A stretch of DNA of 63,395 bases, the filler included, from a bacterium (GTDB taxonomy: Bacteria > JAJRZV01): the NCBI GenBank assembly GCA_024275095.1. It is 5 parts of 5 records of this genome, joined end to end, with 100 filler letters (N's around TTAATTAATTAA, not from the genome) between each part and the next. Parts side by side here need not be neighbours in the genome. Positions count along the whole stretch, not along the records: positions 28,722 to 52,201 come from JAJRZV010000080.1; 4 more parts are not named here. The stretch is one strand, 5' to 3'. Made by a program: the position numbers and the translations under genes. Below the pieces are notes generated by a model. That model ran no database searches, had not been told where the DNA came from, and saw only the letters and a list, made by a program, of their open reading frames with translations. Of this stretch, positions 42,707 through 52,301 are shown in pieces. The first letter of the stretch is position 1. Each line of letters starts with the position of its first letter.

Positions 42707-45448
42707 ATGGTTGAGTGGGTTCTGAAAAAGATATTTGGCACTCAGAATGAGCGTCGCATTAAAAAGCTTCGCCCTATTGTTGAGGCCATCAACGCTCTTG
42801 AAGAAGATGTAAAAAAACTTTCCAACCAGGAACTGCAGGACAAAACAAAATATTTCCTGGACCAACTTGCCGGTGGCAAAAGCCTGAATGACCTGCTTGT
42901 GGAGGCATTTGCTGTGGTACGGGAGGTGAGCCGGCGGACACTTAACATGCGCCACTTCGATGTTCAGCTCATGGGCGGTGTCGTGCTCCATCGAGGCATG
43001 ATAGCTGAGATGAAAACCGGTGAAGGTAAAACATTGGTGGCAACCCTCCCGATTTATCTCAACGCTTTGGAGAGGGACCCTCAAAAGCCCGAGCGCGGAA
43101 GAGGTGTTCACCTGGTCACGGTTAACGATTATCTGGCACGACGTGACGCCCTGTGGATGGGCCCCATATACCTCTTCTTAGGCCTGTCGGTCGGTGTGAT
43201 CAATCACGAAGCCTCATATCGTGTTGTCTGGGAGGACGAGGGCACCTTTCGTACAGTTCTGGAGCCGTGTTCTCGCAAGGAAGCGTACGATGCAGATGTA
43301 ACCTACGGTACGAACAACGAATTCGGCTTTGATTATCTGCGCGATAACATGAAGTATTCCCTCGATGAGATGGTCCAGCGGGAATTGAACTATGCCATTA
43401 TCGACGAGGTGGATAGCATCCTCATTGACGAGGCACGCACCCCACTCATCATTTCCGGACCATCAGAGGAGTCAACAAACCTGTACTACGTTATAGATCG
43501 GGTTGTTCGAAAACTGAGAAAGGAAAAAGACTTTACAGTGGACGAAAAAGCTCATTCTGTGGTTCTCACCGAAGAGGGGATCAAGCACGCGGAGAAGCTG
43601 CTCGGTGTTGAAAACCTTTACGATCCCCGACATGTGGACTTAGTGCATCACCTTCAGCAGGCACTGCGGGCTCACCACCTTTACAAACGCGATGTTGATT
43701 ACATTGTTAAAGACGGCAAGGTGATCATTGTGGATGAATTCACGGGACGCCTTATGCCCGGTCGCCGCTGGTCTGATGGACTTCACCAGGCTGTTGAAGC
43801 GAAAGAAGGCGTGAAAATTGAGAGCGAGAACCAGACCCTTGCCACCGTGACGTTTCAGAACTTTTTCCGCATGTACAACAAAATTGCCGGCATGACAGGA
43901 ACGGCCGAAACCGAGGCCATGGAATTTAAAAAGATTTACAACCTGGAAGTGGTGGTTGTACCCACCAACAAACCCATGATTCGTAAAGATTTCGATGACG
44001 TTGTTTACAAGACAGAAGAGGAAAAATTTGAAGCCATCGTTGAAAAGATCAAGCAGCTTAACGCTTTGGGGATTCCGGTACTGGTTGGAACCATATCCAT
44101 AGAGAAAAACGAGCTCCTGTCTCGACTCCTTAAAAACGAAGGCATTAAGCATCACGTGCTCAATGCGAAAAATCATGAGAGGGAAGCCATGATCATTGCC
44201 CAGGCGGGTCGCAAGGGTGCGGTTACTGTTGCCACTAACATGGCCGGCCGCGGTGTGGATATCATGATCGGTGGTAATCCAGAGTATCTTGCCCGGGAAA
44301 AAGTGCAGAAGGAAGGCAAACCAGAACTGTACCGTGAATATCTGGAGCAATATCAAAAAGAGTGCGAACAGGAAAAGGAGGAAATTCTTAAAATTAAAGC
44401 TCCGGAACTGGGTATAGATCGGGGCGGTGGTCTCTTTGTTATTGGTAGCGAACGTCACGAGTCAAGGCGTATTGATAACCAGCTCAGAGGTCGTTCTGGT
44501 CGTCAGGGTGACCCTGGCTATACTCAATTTTACCTGTCCCTTGAGGATGACCTGATGCGCATTTTCGGGGGTGAGCGCCTCAAGCGCATGATGGATCGGC
44601 TCGGTGTTCAACGAGGCGAGGAGATCAGGCACCGCTGGGTGACCAAAGCCATTGAAAATGCCCAGGCCCGGGTCGAGGCCCGTAACTTTGAAATCCGCAA
44701 GCACCTGCTCGAATACGACGATGTCATGAACCGCCAGCGCGAAACAATTTATTCGTGGCGCAAGGACATTCTTTCCAAAGATGACCTCAAAGAGGACTTT
44801 CTCGATATCGTTCGGGATGTGGTTGAGATGATCGCGGAGGACATGGCCAATCCAGACATTCCCCCGCAGGAATGGGAATGGGAGAGCATCGAAGATGCGG
44901 TGAGAAGTGCCTTTTTCTTTCCTTACACCAGGCCGGAAGTTGACCGTGCGTTTACCGTGGAAGACCTGGCTGAAGATATTTATAAAAAGGCATTGGAGGT
45001 TTACGAAACAAAGGAAAGCACCTTTGGTGCTGATGTTATGCGGCGCGTGGAAAAGTTCATCATGCTTCAAACCATTGACAGCAACTGGAAGGATCACCTG
45101 CTTGCCCTTGATCATTTGCGAGAAGGCATTGGCCTGAGAGGCTATGCGCAGAGGGACCCTCTTATAGAGTACAAACGCGAGGCCTTTCACATGTTTGAGG
45201 CCATGGTGGACCGGGTGAAAATGGATATCGTGAAAAAACTCTTCCTGGTGCAAATTACCTCGCAGGAAGAAGCAGAGAGAATCTCTCCCCTCCGACGCCA
45301 GCCAGCTCAGCTTCAGTATTCGGGAGGTGAAGCCTCTGCACAGCCTGCAAAGGGCACGGTCAAAAAGAAACATAAAATTGGCAGAAATGACCCGTGCCCA
45401 TGTGGCAGCGGTAAAAAATATAAAAAATGTTGCGGGAGAGTGGCGTGA
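42707..45448 (+). CDS. secA: preprotein translocase SecA
   Basis: [27 protein letters not shown] and the SEC-C motif [18 protein letters not shown]. Confidence 0.98.
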   Translation: MVEWVLKKIFGTQNERRIKKLRPIVEAINALEEDVKKLSNQELQDKTKYFLDQLAGGKSLNDLLVEAFAVVREVSRRTLNMRHFDVQLMGGVVLHRGMIAEMKTGEGKTLVATLPIYLNALERDPQKPERGRGVHLVTVNDYLARRDALWMGPIYLFLGLSVGVINHEASYRVVWEDEGTFRTVLEPCSRKEAYDADVTYGTNNEFGFDYLRDNMKYSLDEMVQRELNYAIIDEVDSILIDEARTPLIISGPSEESTNLYYVIDRVVRKLRKEKDFTVDEKAHSVVLTEEGIKHAEKLLGVENLYDPRHVDLVHHLQQALRAHHLYKRDVDYIVKDGKVIIVDEFTGRLMPGRRWSDGLHQAVEAKEGVKIESENQTLATVTFQNFFRMYNKIAGMTGTAETEAMEFKKIYNLEVVVVPTNKPMIRKDFDDVVYKTEEEKFEAIVEKIKQLNALGIPVLVGTISIEKNELLSRLLKNEGIKHHVLNAKNHEREAMIIAQAGRKGAVTVATNMAGRGVDIMIGGNPEYLAREKVQKEGKPELYREYLEQYQKECEQEKEEILKIKAPELGIDRGGGLFVIGSERHESRRIDNQLRGRSGRQGDPGYTQFYLSLEDDLMRIFGGERLKRMMDRLGVQRGEEIRHRWVTKAIENAQARVEARNFEIRKHLLEYDDVMNRQRETIYSWRKDILSKDDLKEDFLDIVRDVVEMIAEDMANPDIPPQEWEWESIEDAVRSAFFFPYTRPEVDRAFTVEDLAEDIYKKALEVYETKESTFGADVMRRVEKFIMLQTIDSNWKDHLLALDHLREGIGLRGYAQRDPLIEYKREAFHMFEAMVDRVKMDIVKKLFLVQITSQEEAERISPLRRQPAQLQYSGGEASAQPAKGTVKKKHKIGRNDPCPCGSGKKYKKCCGRVA

Positions 45449-46602
45449 ATGTGAACGGTTTCTATTTTGCAGGAATTCACAGTGGTATTAAGGACAATGC
45501 ATCCAGGGATTTAGGCCTGATTTACGCGCCTGACGGAGCGGCGTGTGCTGCAGCTTTCACTGTTAATCGTTTCAAGGCATCGCACATTCTGCTCGATGTG
45601 CCCCGTCTCAGGCGCGGCCGGTGTCGAGCGGTTCTCGTCAACTCCGGTAATGCCAATGCATGTACAGGCAAAGAAGGACTGGAAGATGCCAGACGACTTA
45701 CGGCAGTGCTGGCCAGGGAATTAGAAATCAGCGCGCAGGACGTGCTCATGGCTTCTACCGGGTTGATCGGCCAGCGCCTCCCTGTAAAAAAGATAGAAAA
45801 ACGCATACCCGTGCTTATTCGAAGTCTCAGTCGTTTAAGGGTAGAGCATTTTGCCGAAGCCATTATGACAACAGACCACTTCATGAAGATTCGCGAGGTG
45901 GAAATTTCGTCACTGGGTGTGAAGATTTTGGGCCTGGCCAAAGGGGCGGGCATGATTCACCCGCACATGTCCACAGCAACCATGCTCGCTTTTCTTCTCA
46001 CGGATGCAGAAGCCACGCACCTTGACCTGCGCAGTGTTATAGATGCTGTCGTGGATGAAACGTTCAACAGCATTTCCGTGGATGGTCAGATGTCCACCAA
46101 TGATTCATTTTTTGTGCTGGCGAATGGTAAAAGCGGGGTGAAGGTATCCACAGGTAAAGAAATGGCACTTTTTCAGAGTGCTGTAAAGGATGTGTGTGCT
46201 TCACTGGCGGAACTTATCGTGCGGGATGGAGAGGGCGCCACGTGCGTTATAGAAGTTGAAGTCAGAGGTGCTCGGACGCGGGTGGATGCGCAGAATGTAG
46301 CCCGCACTATAGCTACATCTGCTCTTGTAAAGACGGCATTTCACGGAGGAGAAGAGAACTGGGGTCGCATTGTTCAGGCTCTGGGTACAACCCGTGCATC
46401 GTTCCGACCGGAGAAGGTTAAAATTTACGTGAACGGGCGGCTGTATTTCAGCGAAGGCAAGGGACGCAGTACCCTGAGACGAAAACGTCGTGAAAAACAT
46501 CGTGTCGTTATTGACCTCGCAGCAGGCGCGGCCTCGGCGCGCTTCCTCACGTCAGACCTTTCAGAACAATATGTCCGGATTAATGCTGAGCATTTGACGT
46601 AA
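45445..46602 (+). CDS. argJ: ornithine acetyltransferase ArgJ
   Basis: [30 protein letters not shown] and DGEGAT. Confidence 0.94.
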   Translation: MNVNGFYFAGIHSGIKDNASRDLGLIYAPDGAACAAAFTVNRFKASHILLDVPRLRRGRCRAVLVNSGNANACTGKEGLEDARRLTAVLARELEISAQDVLMASTGLIGQRLPVKKIEKRIPVLIRSLSRLRVEHFAEAIMTTDHFMKIREVEISSLGVKILGLAKGAGMIHPHMSTATMLAFLLTDAEATHLDLRSVIDAVVDETFNSISVDGQMSTNDSFFVLANGKSGVKVSTGKEMALFQSAVKDVCASLAELIVRDGEGATCVIEVEVRGARTRVDAQNVARTIATSALVKTAFHGGEENWGRIVQALGTTRASFRPEKVKIYVNGRLYFSEGKGRSTLRRKRREKHRVVIDLAAGAASARFLTSDLSEQYVRINAEHLT

Positions 46603-46615
46603 CACGGGATGACGT

Positions 46616-46656
46616 AAAAAAACCCGGGTGTGGGGAGGCCCACACACACCCGGGTT
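46616..46656 (-). terminator. intrinsic terminator between convergent argJ and the lipoprotein gene
   Basis: 12-bp stem AACCCGGGTGTG/CACACCCGGGTT with a T7 tract on the minus strand. Confidence 0.8.
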
Positions 46657-46688
46657 GCTTCATAAAAGGCGCCCCGGCACAGACAGGA

Positions 46689-47630
46689 TTACATGCTGCA
46701 CTCCAGTTCTACTTCTTTTTCGTGTTCTGTGCTTCGGTCTTTGAGCATCACGCGACCGCTATTGCAGCTTTCTTCGCTGAAATTCAACTCGTAGGAAACT
46801 TCTGTCTCCTGGGATTGAGATGCTTCGGCCTGCTTTGTCTCACTTTCCATTTCTCCTTCATGCTTGATTTCCACTGTGCATGCTCCTGCTGTTGGATGCT
46901 CACATCCTTCTCTCTGCTGGACGTTTTCAAATTCAATTTCCATTTCAAGCCCTGCAGCTTCATTGACCACTGTGCACGAACCTGACACTGTGGCAGCCTT
47001 CTCCTGCGTTTCAGGCCCGGCCTCTACATCTACACTCAACTCACAGTCCACATTCAGTGTTATGTTCTCGTCTATTCTGTACACATCGAATGAAAACGTT
47101 TTTGTCATTGACATGGAGTGATCCTGGAGGTCTATAACCACGGAAAGGTTGGCTGTTCCTGTAATAACCACGTTGGCTCTTTCCACGTTTTCAAAACTCA
47201 CACTTACCGTGTGAGTGATGGATGTGGTCGAGACCTGGGTCCAGACGATTACATCAACGTTACCCTGACCCTCGCCGCAGTTAAGAGAATAGTGCTCCGA
47301 ACCGTCTTCCATCTGGGTTTTATTGACGTTGCCGCAGAGTTCATCCGTTCTGCCTTCGTCTGTGGGCGTGGACTCTCCTTCCGGAAAAGAAGAGTCTGGA
47401 ATGGTGGTGGTTTCGGCCAGCGGTGCCAGGGACCCGCTGCTGCTGCTCAGAACAGTCTCGTCCAGAACCGTATCCACTGCATCTATGGAATCGAGAGCAG
47501 CAGCTACAGAGGTGGTTGCCGCCTCTTCTTCAGTGCTTACTCCCTCGCTTCCTCCACACCCTCCCATCACAAGCACGAGAACACTTGCCCCGGCCAGGAG
47601 CATTTTCAGCCTTTTTACTTTCTTCATCAC
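46689..47630 (-). CDS. acidic Cys-rich hypothetical lipoprotein
   Basis: Signal peptide ending MGGC; eight further Cys; beta-rich; GGAGG RBS. Confidence 0.75.
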   Translation of the reverse strand: MMKKVKRLKMLLAGASVLVLVMGGCGGSEGVSTEEEAATTSVAAALDSIDAVDTVLDETVLSSSSGSLAPLAETTTIPDSSFPEGESTPTDEGRTDELCGNVNKTQMEDGSEHYSLNCGEGQGNVDVIVWTQVSTTSITHTVSVSFENVERANVVITGTANLSVVIDLQDHSMSMTKTFSFDVYRIDENITLNVDCELSVDVEAGPETQEKAATVSGSCTVVNEAAGLEMEIEFENVQQREGCEHPTAGACTVEIKHEGEMESETKQAEASQSQETEVSYELNFSEESCNSGRVMLKDRSTEHEKEVELECSM

Positions 47631-47662
47631 TTCACCTCCCTCAGTTAATGGGTTTCGATTGG

Positions 47663-47692
47663 TAGAACGGAACAGCCTGACGAAAGGTTACA
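47663..47692 (-). promoter_or_regulatory. ECF-type promoter upstream of the lipoprotein gene
   Basis: TGTAAC-N17-CGTTCTA, matching the motif at 51138-51167. Confidence 0.7.
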
Positions 47693-47718
47693 CAATTGCC
47701 TCCTCCGCGGAAGGATTT

Positions 47719-48564
47719 TTACGGGATGTTGTGGTGAAACTTATCTTTTTTTGTGGGAATCTGAGTGGGGACGCCCATTTCTCCACCGGGTACGAATTGT
47801 TCCGGCATCTCCTGCATCAATTTTGTCCCTGTAGTTCCTGGCGAGTTGGTTCCTTCGCCTGTGAACGGATTATCCATGCGTATCATGATTTCCTGGAATG
47901 AAAATCCTTTTTTGATCCCCTGTAAGATCCGCTTTTCGTATCTGTAAAGCTCCTTTTCCCGAATTTTCCCGGAGGAGGTGATTTTTCTCAACATGCGTTC
48001 GAGGTCCTGTTGGGTGGCACCTGCCTCGCACATCAGCCCTGCCACATCAGCGAGCTGGGCCAGTTGATGGGGGTTGAGTTGATTGATGTGTTTTTGGACC
48101 TGGGAAAAGAAGCGCTCAAGAAGGGCTCTGTTGTTATCCGGCGTCCGGTATAGTGCGTCCACCAGTGCTTTTACTGTGTAGGTAGGCGGGGTGGATTTGA
48201 GGAGCGAAGCTGACAGGGTATACGCCCACTTTACGTCTTCAGCGTAGACTTGGAGCCGATTGAGCAAGAGAGGGGGAGGAACGTGCTTTGCGAGTCCTTC
48301 CAGAAGCTTTTGTGACCATATTTCCACTTCTTCCCGGGTGCGGAAGGAAGAGAGTGTTTTGACAAGCACATTCTGATTTTCAGGATTTAAGCGTTTTGCA
48401 ACACGAGCGTGTATATACTGTGCGCGTTCCTTGCTTAACCCTGCTCTAACGAGGGCTTTTTCCAGCGAAAGGGCCTCGGGGCGCCCCTGGGATGGACAAA
48501 GAAACAGGACACAGGCAGCAACCAGAATTCCTGCGGCCAGTTTTTGTGAATTTAATACCTTCAC
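47719..48564 (-). CDS. exported helical hypothetical protein
   Basis: Signal peptide and K..EGLAK.VP motif; GTGA overlap with the upstream gene. Confidence 0.7.
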   Translation of the reverse strand: MKVLNSQKLAAGILVAACVLFLCPSQGRPEALSLEKALVRAGLSKERAQYIHARVAKRLNPENQNVLVKTLSSFRTREEVEIWSQKLLEGLAKHVPPPLLLNRLQVYAEDVKWAYTLSASLLKSTPPTYTVKALVDALYRTPDNNRALLERFFSQVQKHINQLNPHQLAQLADVAGLMCEAGATQQDLERMLRKITSSGKIREKELYRYEKRILQGIKKGFSFQEIMIRMDNPFTGEGTNSPGTTGTKLMQEMPEQFVPGGEMGVPTQIPTKKDKFHHNIP

Positions 48565-48881
48565 TGCTCTAACCGCAGTATCAAATTGCGTCCACCGAAA
48601 GCATCGGGAACAGTTTTCTGGTCAGGGGGGACGAAAATTTCGCCGTCTACCAGGAAGACATAATGATAAAGTCCTCTTTGCAGCGGAAGACCAACTGTCC
48701 ATAACCCGTCTTCACATTTCATGGTCCCTTTCTCGGGGTCCCACTGGTTGAAGTCGCCTATTACACGCACATCGTGAGCACACGTTTTTAAGTCCAGGAT
48801 AAGAGTGACACCCTCTGCTTCCGGCTGCACGCGCAACATATTGGCAGCACAGGATGAGAATATGAGGCCCGCGGAAAGCAT
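48561..48881 (-). CDS. CBM48 / AMPK-beta-type glycogen-binding domain protein, probable lipoprotein
   Basis: FSSC, VIGDFNQWDP, W...L.L..G.Y.Y.F.VDG and DAFGGRN. Confidence 0.8.
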   Translation of the reverse strand: MLSAGLIFSSCAANMLRVQPEAEGVTLILDLKTCAHDVRVIGDFNQWDPEKGTMKCEDGLWTVGLPLQRGLYHYVFLVDGEIFVPPDQKTVPDAFGGRNLILRLEQ

Positions 48882-49516
48882 CAGAATGCCCCCTGCTTTT
48901 CGTAGGAAAGTTTGAGCACGGAGTTGACGTTTCCAAAACCGTCTTTGACGTAGTCTGTAGCAAGCGGGTCGGGTATCCATAAGGAGTTATTTACAACAAA
49001 GGCGTAATTGTATCTACCTTTTTTGAGTGGAACCACGGCGACCCATGTGCCGTCGCCGTCCAGGTCCTCCATGGGAGTGGCGGAAGGATTCCAGTCGTTG
49101 AAGTCTCCCACGATGGATACGGACCGCGCTCCAGGGCGATGGAGCACGAATTTTACGTAGACCACGTCAGGAGAAGTTTTGGGTTGATGGTGGAGAGAAA
49201 GAAAGATCGCCGCGGGGATGAGAATACACAAGACAGCAGTCAGTGCTGCCGCGTACACTTTCAGGAAAAGCGGCGCCCTTTCCACCACCACAGGCTGGGC
49301 CTGGATTTGTCGCATGATTTTTTCGGGAAGCCCTGGAGAAGGCCGGGCTCTGGATTGAAAGCGAGAATACGATTTTTTCAAGGCAATGTATTGTTTGAAG
49401 GCTTCTTGAAGTTCGGTATCGCCTTTCAGAAGTGCAAGCGCATCTTCTTCATTGATACGGTTGCTCAGGAAATCTTCCACCACCCGGTAAAAAAGGAGTC
49501 TCTTTTTTAACTTCAT
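48881..49516 (-). CDS. putative anti-sigma factor with TM helix and C-terminal CBM48 domain
   Basis: Directly follows the ECF sigma (4-bp overlap); N-terminal helical domain, one TM, VGDFNDW...GRYNYAFVVN..W.PDP...DGFGNVNS. Confidence 0.8.
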   Translation of the reverse strand: MKLKKRLLFYRVVEDFLSNRINEEDALALLKGDTELQEAFKQYIALKKSYSRFQSRARPSPGLPEKIMRQIQAQPVVVERAPLFLKVYAAALTAVLCILIPAAIFLSLHHQPKTSPDVVYVKFVLHRPGARSVSIVGDFNDWNPSATPMEDLDGDGTWVAVVPLKKGRYNYAFVVNNSLWIPDPLATDYVKDGFGNVNSVLKLSYEKQGAF

Positions 49517-50121
49517 AATGCTTTCTCCCTGAAGCTGTTGAGAAAGTGTTTCAAATGCTCTGCCAGACGCTTGCGGCTTCTGTGCACACGGACTTTTAGC
49601 AGTGCCACGGGAACCCCCGTGATTTTTTTCATTTCCGTGTAGTTCATCTCCAGAATGTGCTTGAGTACAAAAGCCTCCTGCAGGGCCGGGGGCAACGTGC
49701 CAAGCGCCTCTTCGAAAACAGCAACGAGCTCGCTGTCAGCGAGAAGCTGGTGAGGGTCTGTGCCGGTTCTGGTATCAGGAATGGATGCATGTTCTTCTAT
49801 AGAGTCAGTATGTTTGGAATTCCAGCTCCGGACGAAGTCAATGGTGCAGTTTCTGGCGATTTTATAAAGCCACTGCCTGAAATTTCCTTTTCTGTATGTG
49901 TGAATGTGTGCGAATGCTTTAAGAAAGGTTTCCTGCACCAGATCCTCCGCAGTGTGCTGATTTCTCACGAGTGCACGGACAAACGCGAATATTTCCCTGT
50001 GATACCGCATTACGAGTACCCCAAAAGCCTCTTTGTCGCCTTGCTTGACCTTTTCAACCACGAAATCGTCATCCTTTTCCTCAAGCTCTGTGGCCTCCGT
50101 GTTTTTCTCGTCAATGCTCAA
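49513..50121 (-). CDS. ECF (sigma-70 group 4) RNA polymerase sigma factor
   Basis: GDKEAF, AEDLVQETFLKA, WLYKIARN and region 4 KVRVHRSRKRL. Confidence 0.93.
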   Translation of the reverse strand: MSIDEKNTEATELEEKDDDFVVEKVKQGDKEAFGVLVMRYHREIFAFVRALVRNQHTAEDLVQETFLKAFAHIHTYRKGNFRQWLYKIARNCTIDFVRSWNSKHTDSIEEHASIPDTRTGTDPHQLLADSELVAVFEEALGTLPPALQEAFVLKHILEMNYTEMKKITGVPVALLKVRVHRSRKRLAEHLKHFLNSFREKAL

Positions 50122-50133
50122 TGCCCCAACCTG

Positions 50134-51048
50134 TCACAAGAGAAGCGAAAATGTCACGGTGGCGCCGGCGAAAACTGAATAGTAAGCAGATCGGTTTTGT
50201 GGAACTCCCCGGCTGAAAGAGGCAAACGCTTTTACGGCAAAAGATGAAAGGTAGTACCACAGGTTGAATTCGCCGATACCCTTGTGCTCCCGGGAGTAGA
50301 GCCCGCCCTTCTGGAATCCGTATGAACCTTTCACATTGATTACAACACGGGAGTTTGTTTCGAGAGAGAGCTTTCCTGTAAAGAGATGAAGAGAGGATGA
50401 GGAGCTGTAAAAGCCGTAATTCTGGATCACCTCGGGAGAGAAACGGGTGTTGTTGAAGGTATAGGTTGCCCCCAGAGTCACATTTTCAGAAGCCGCGAGT
50501 GTCACCTGCAGAAATGCGAGGGTACTGGAGGATTCTATTGCTGTTGTGTCCGGCCAGTTGAAAGCCTGCCCCGCTCCTGTTTCCAGGTGGAAAACAAGAG
50601 AGGGAGCGAAAACAGTGGAGGCTGCGTATCCCCACAGGGTATAGGGAACGTCAGTGGGGAGAGGAGAAAAGACAGAGGCGTGCTGTCCAAAGGAGATAAC
50701 GTTCAGATAAAGAGTCTCTCTCCACAGCCGAATTTTTGCTCCGGCTTCTCCACCACCCCTGATCCATACGGGGGAGAGGTTCAGGTATTTGCTCACCTGG
50801 CCTTTGCACGTCGTGTACATATCGAGCCGCACTCCTCTATAAAGCAGTGTGTAGGTAGCAAAAAATTCTCCAACGCTGACAGTTTCCGGAAGCCCGTTCA
50901 GGAATTCCACGGGGAGCGAGTATGGATTTTGGGCATGGAAGAGGTTTATGCCGAGGGTAAAACGGTGATGGAAGTCTCCGCCTGCCCTTCCGGGAACAAG
51001 AAAGCAGAGCCAGATCGCCATGCAGATGTGTCTTCGTACCCGCTCCAT
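50134..51048 (-). CDS. putative outer-membrane beta-barrel protein
   Basis: Signal peptide from ATG 51048, alternating amphipathic strands and an aromatic-rich C-terminal strand. Confidence 0.6.
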   Translation of the reverse strand: MERVRRHICMAIWLCFLVPGRAGGDFHHRFTLGINLFHAQNPYSLPVEFLNGLPETVSVGEFFATYTLLYRGVRLDMYTTCKGQVSKYLNLSPVWIRGGGEAGAKIRLWRETLYLNVISFGQHASVFSPLPTDVPYTLWGYAASTVFAPSLVFHLETGAGQAFNWPDTTAIESSSTLAFLQVTLAASENVTLGATYTFNNTRFSPEVIQNYGFYSSSSSLHLFTGKLSLETNSRVVINVKGSYGFQKGGLYSREHKGIGEFNLWYYLSSFAVKAFASFSRGVPQNRSAYYSVFAGATVTFSLLL

Positions 51049-51137
51049 GTTTACATTGTACCCTTTCTCCACGCCATGCCGCATTAATCCGTGCTCCCGG
51101 AAACATCGCATCCGCCCTCGAGAGAGTGTCTACTTAT

Positions 51138-51167
51138 TAAAACGCTGGAGGGGCGCAAAAAGTTACG
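51138..51167 (-). promoter_or_regulatory. ECF-type promoter upstream of the sigma operon
   Basis: CGTAAC-N17-CGTTTTA. Confidence 0.7.
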
Positions 51168-51203
51168 CTTTCCCCCTCCCCCACCTTCGGGGGAGGGGGA
51201 AAG
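51168..51203 (-). terminator. GC-rich hairpin, probable terminator of the upstream gene
   Basis: Perfect 15-bp stem CTTTCCCCCTCCCCC/GGGGGAGGGGGAAAG with a 6-nt loop. Confidence 0.7.
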
Positions 51204-51225
51204 GCTTCAAAGAGATTGAGAGGTG

Positions 51226-52200
51226 TCAGTAATAAATGATTCTTACGTCGTCAATGTACCAGCCGCGGTAATTGTTCCACAGCTCGTCCACAGTATCGAA
51301 CGAGAACATCACCTTGAAGGATCCGAGTCCATCCACGTCGTCAGTAATATCAACTTCAACTCTGACCCACCCCTGGTTGTTATTGCGGATGCGGTACGGG
51401 CCACCAACAATGTTGTCTGCTGAATCCAGAATGTACACTTCTTTAAGGTCGGCAGCATTGGTACGGCCTGGCTCTGTCTGTTCCCATGACCAGAACTCGA
51501 GTGCAACTTTGGTATAGTTGGCAGGAAGGGTAATAACAGGGGATGTAAGGCCACCGCTATTGGTGACGCCGTTATCGTAGTCACCCGTTGCGTCCTGTCC
51601 GTACCAGAAAGAGTGTGTGGAACTGTGGGTTTCCACGTAAGGACTCACGCCTTCGGTTACCGGGTGCCAGAATCCTGAAGTGGTCCACCCCGAGAAGTCG
51701 CCACTTTCAAAGTTGTCAGAAAAGAGTACATCGTATACTTCAAGGGATACGTCTATGTCAACGCTCCAGGGTTCTCCTTCTGCGTTACCACTTGCCGTAA
51801 CGGTTGTCTGGTACGCTCCCGGGGAGAGCGCCCCGGGGTTGAGAGGGCTGAGGGTAATGTCCGGAGTGAGTGTGAGGTTGTCAGAGATGAGGTAAGAAAG
51901 CCATGTGGCATTCAGAGCCACACCGGTAACGTTCAAAATGCGTCGTTCGCATATTTCTGAGAGAGTGGATGTCTCTTCCGAAGGATAGGACGTGCTGTCT
52001 CCAATGACGTAGGAAAATGCAAGCGCGGAAGGAGTGGCCCTGAAAATGGGCAGCACGGGGTAAGCCAGGTGAAAGCCGTCGAGCATTTGTGTACTATCGG
52101 AGGGATTTTCAATGGTTACGAGGGTGTGAATTTGATACGTTGTACACGAAAGAGGGAAGTTCGTTGCCAGTGTGAAGACCTGAGATGAGCCCGTGAGAAT
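51226..52200 (-). CDS. C-terminal part of a secreted protein with Ig/BACON-like and MAM/immune-inhibitor-A-like beta-sandwich domains (5' truncated)
   Basis: Frame open to the contig end; FSDNFESG..GW, LTSP.I.LP and GWYIDDV. Confidence 0.65.
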   Translation of the reverse strand: MLTGSSQVFTLATNFPLSCTTYQIHTLVTIENPSDSTQMLDGFHLAYPVLPIFRATPSALAFSYVIGDSTSYPSEETSTLSEICERRILNVTGVALNATWLSYLISDNLTLTPDITLSPLNPGALSPGAYQTTVTASGNAEGEPWSVDIDVSLEVYDVLFSDNFESGDFSGWTTSGFWHPVTEGVSPYVETHSSTHSFWYGQDATGDYDNGVTNSGGLTSPVITLPANYTKVALEFWSWEQTEPGRTNAADLKEVYILDSADNIVGGPYRIRNNNQGWVRVEVDITDDVDGLGSFKVMFSFDTVDELWNNYRGWYIDDVRIIYY

Positions 52201-52201
52201 C

Positions 52202-52301
52202 NNNNNNNNNNNNNNNNNNNNNNNNNNNNNNNNNNNNNNNNNNNNTTAATTAATTAANNNNNNNNNNNNNNNNNNNNNNNNNNNNNNNNNNNNNNNNNNN
52301 N
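52202..52301. other. artificial contig linker
   Basis: N44-TTAATTAATTAA-N44. Confidence 0.98.
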
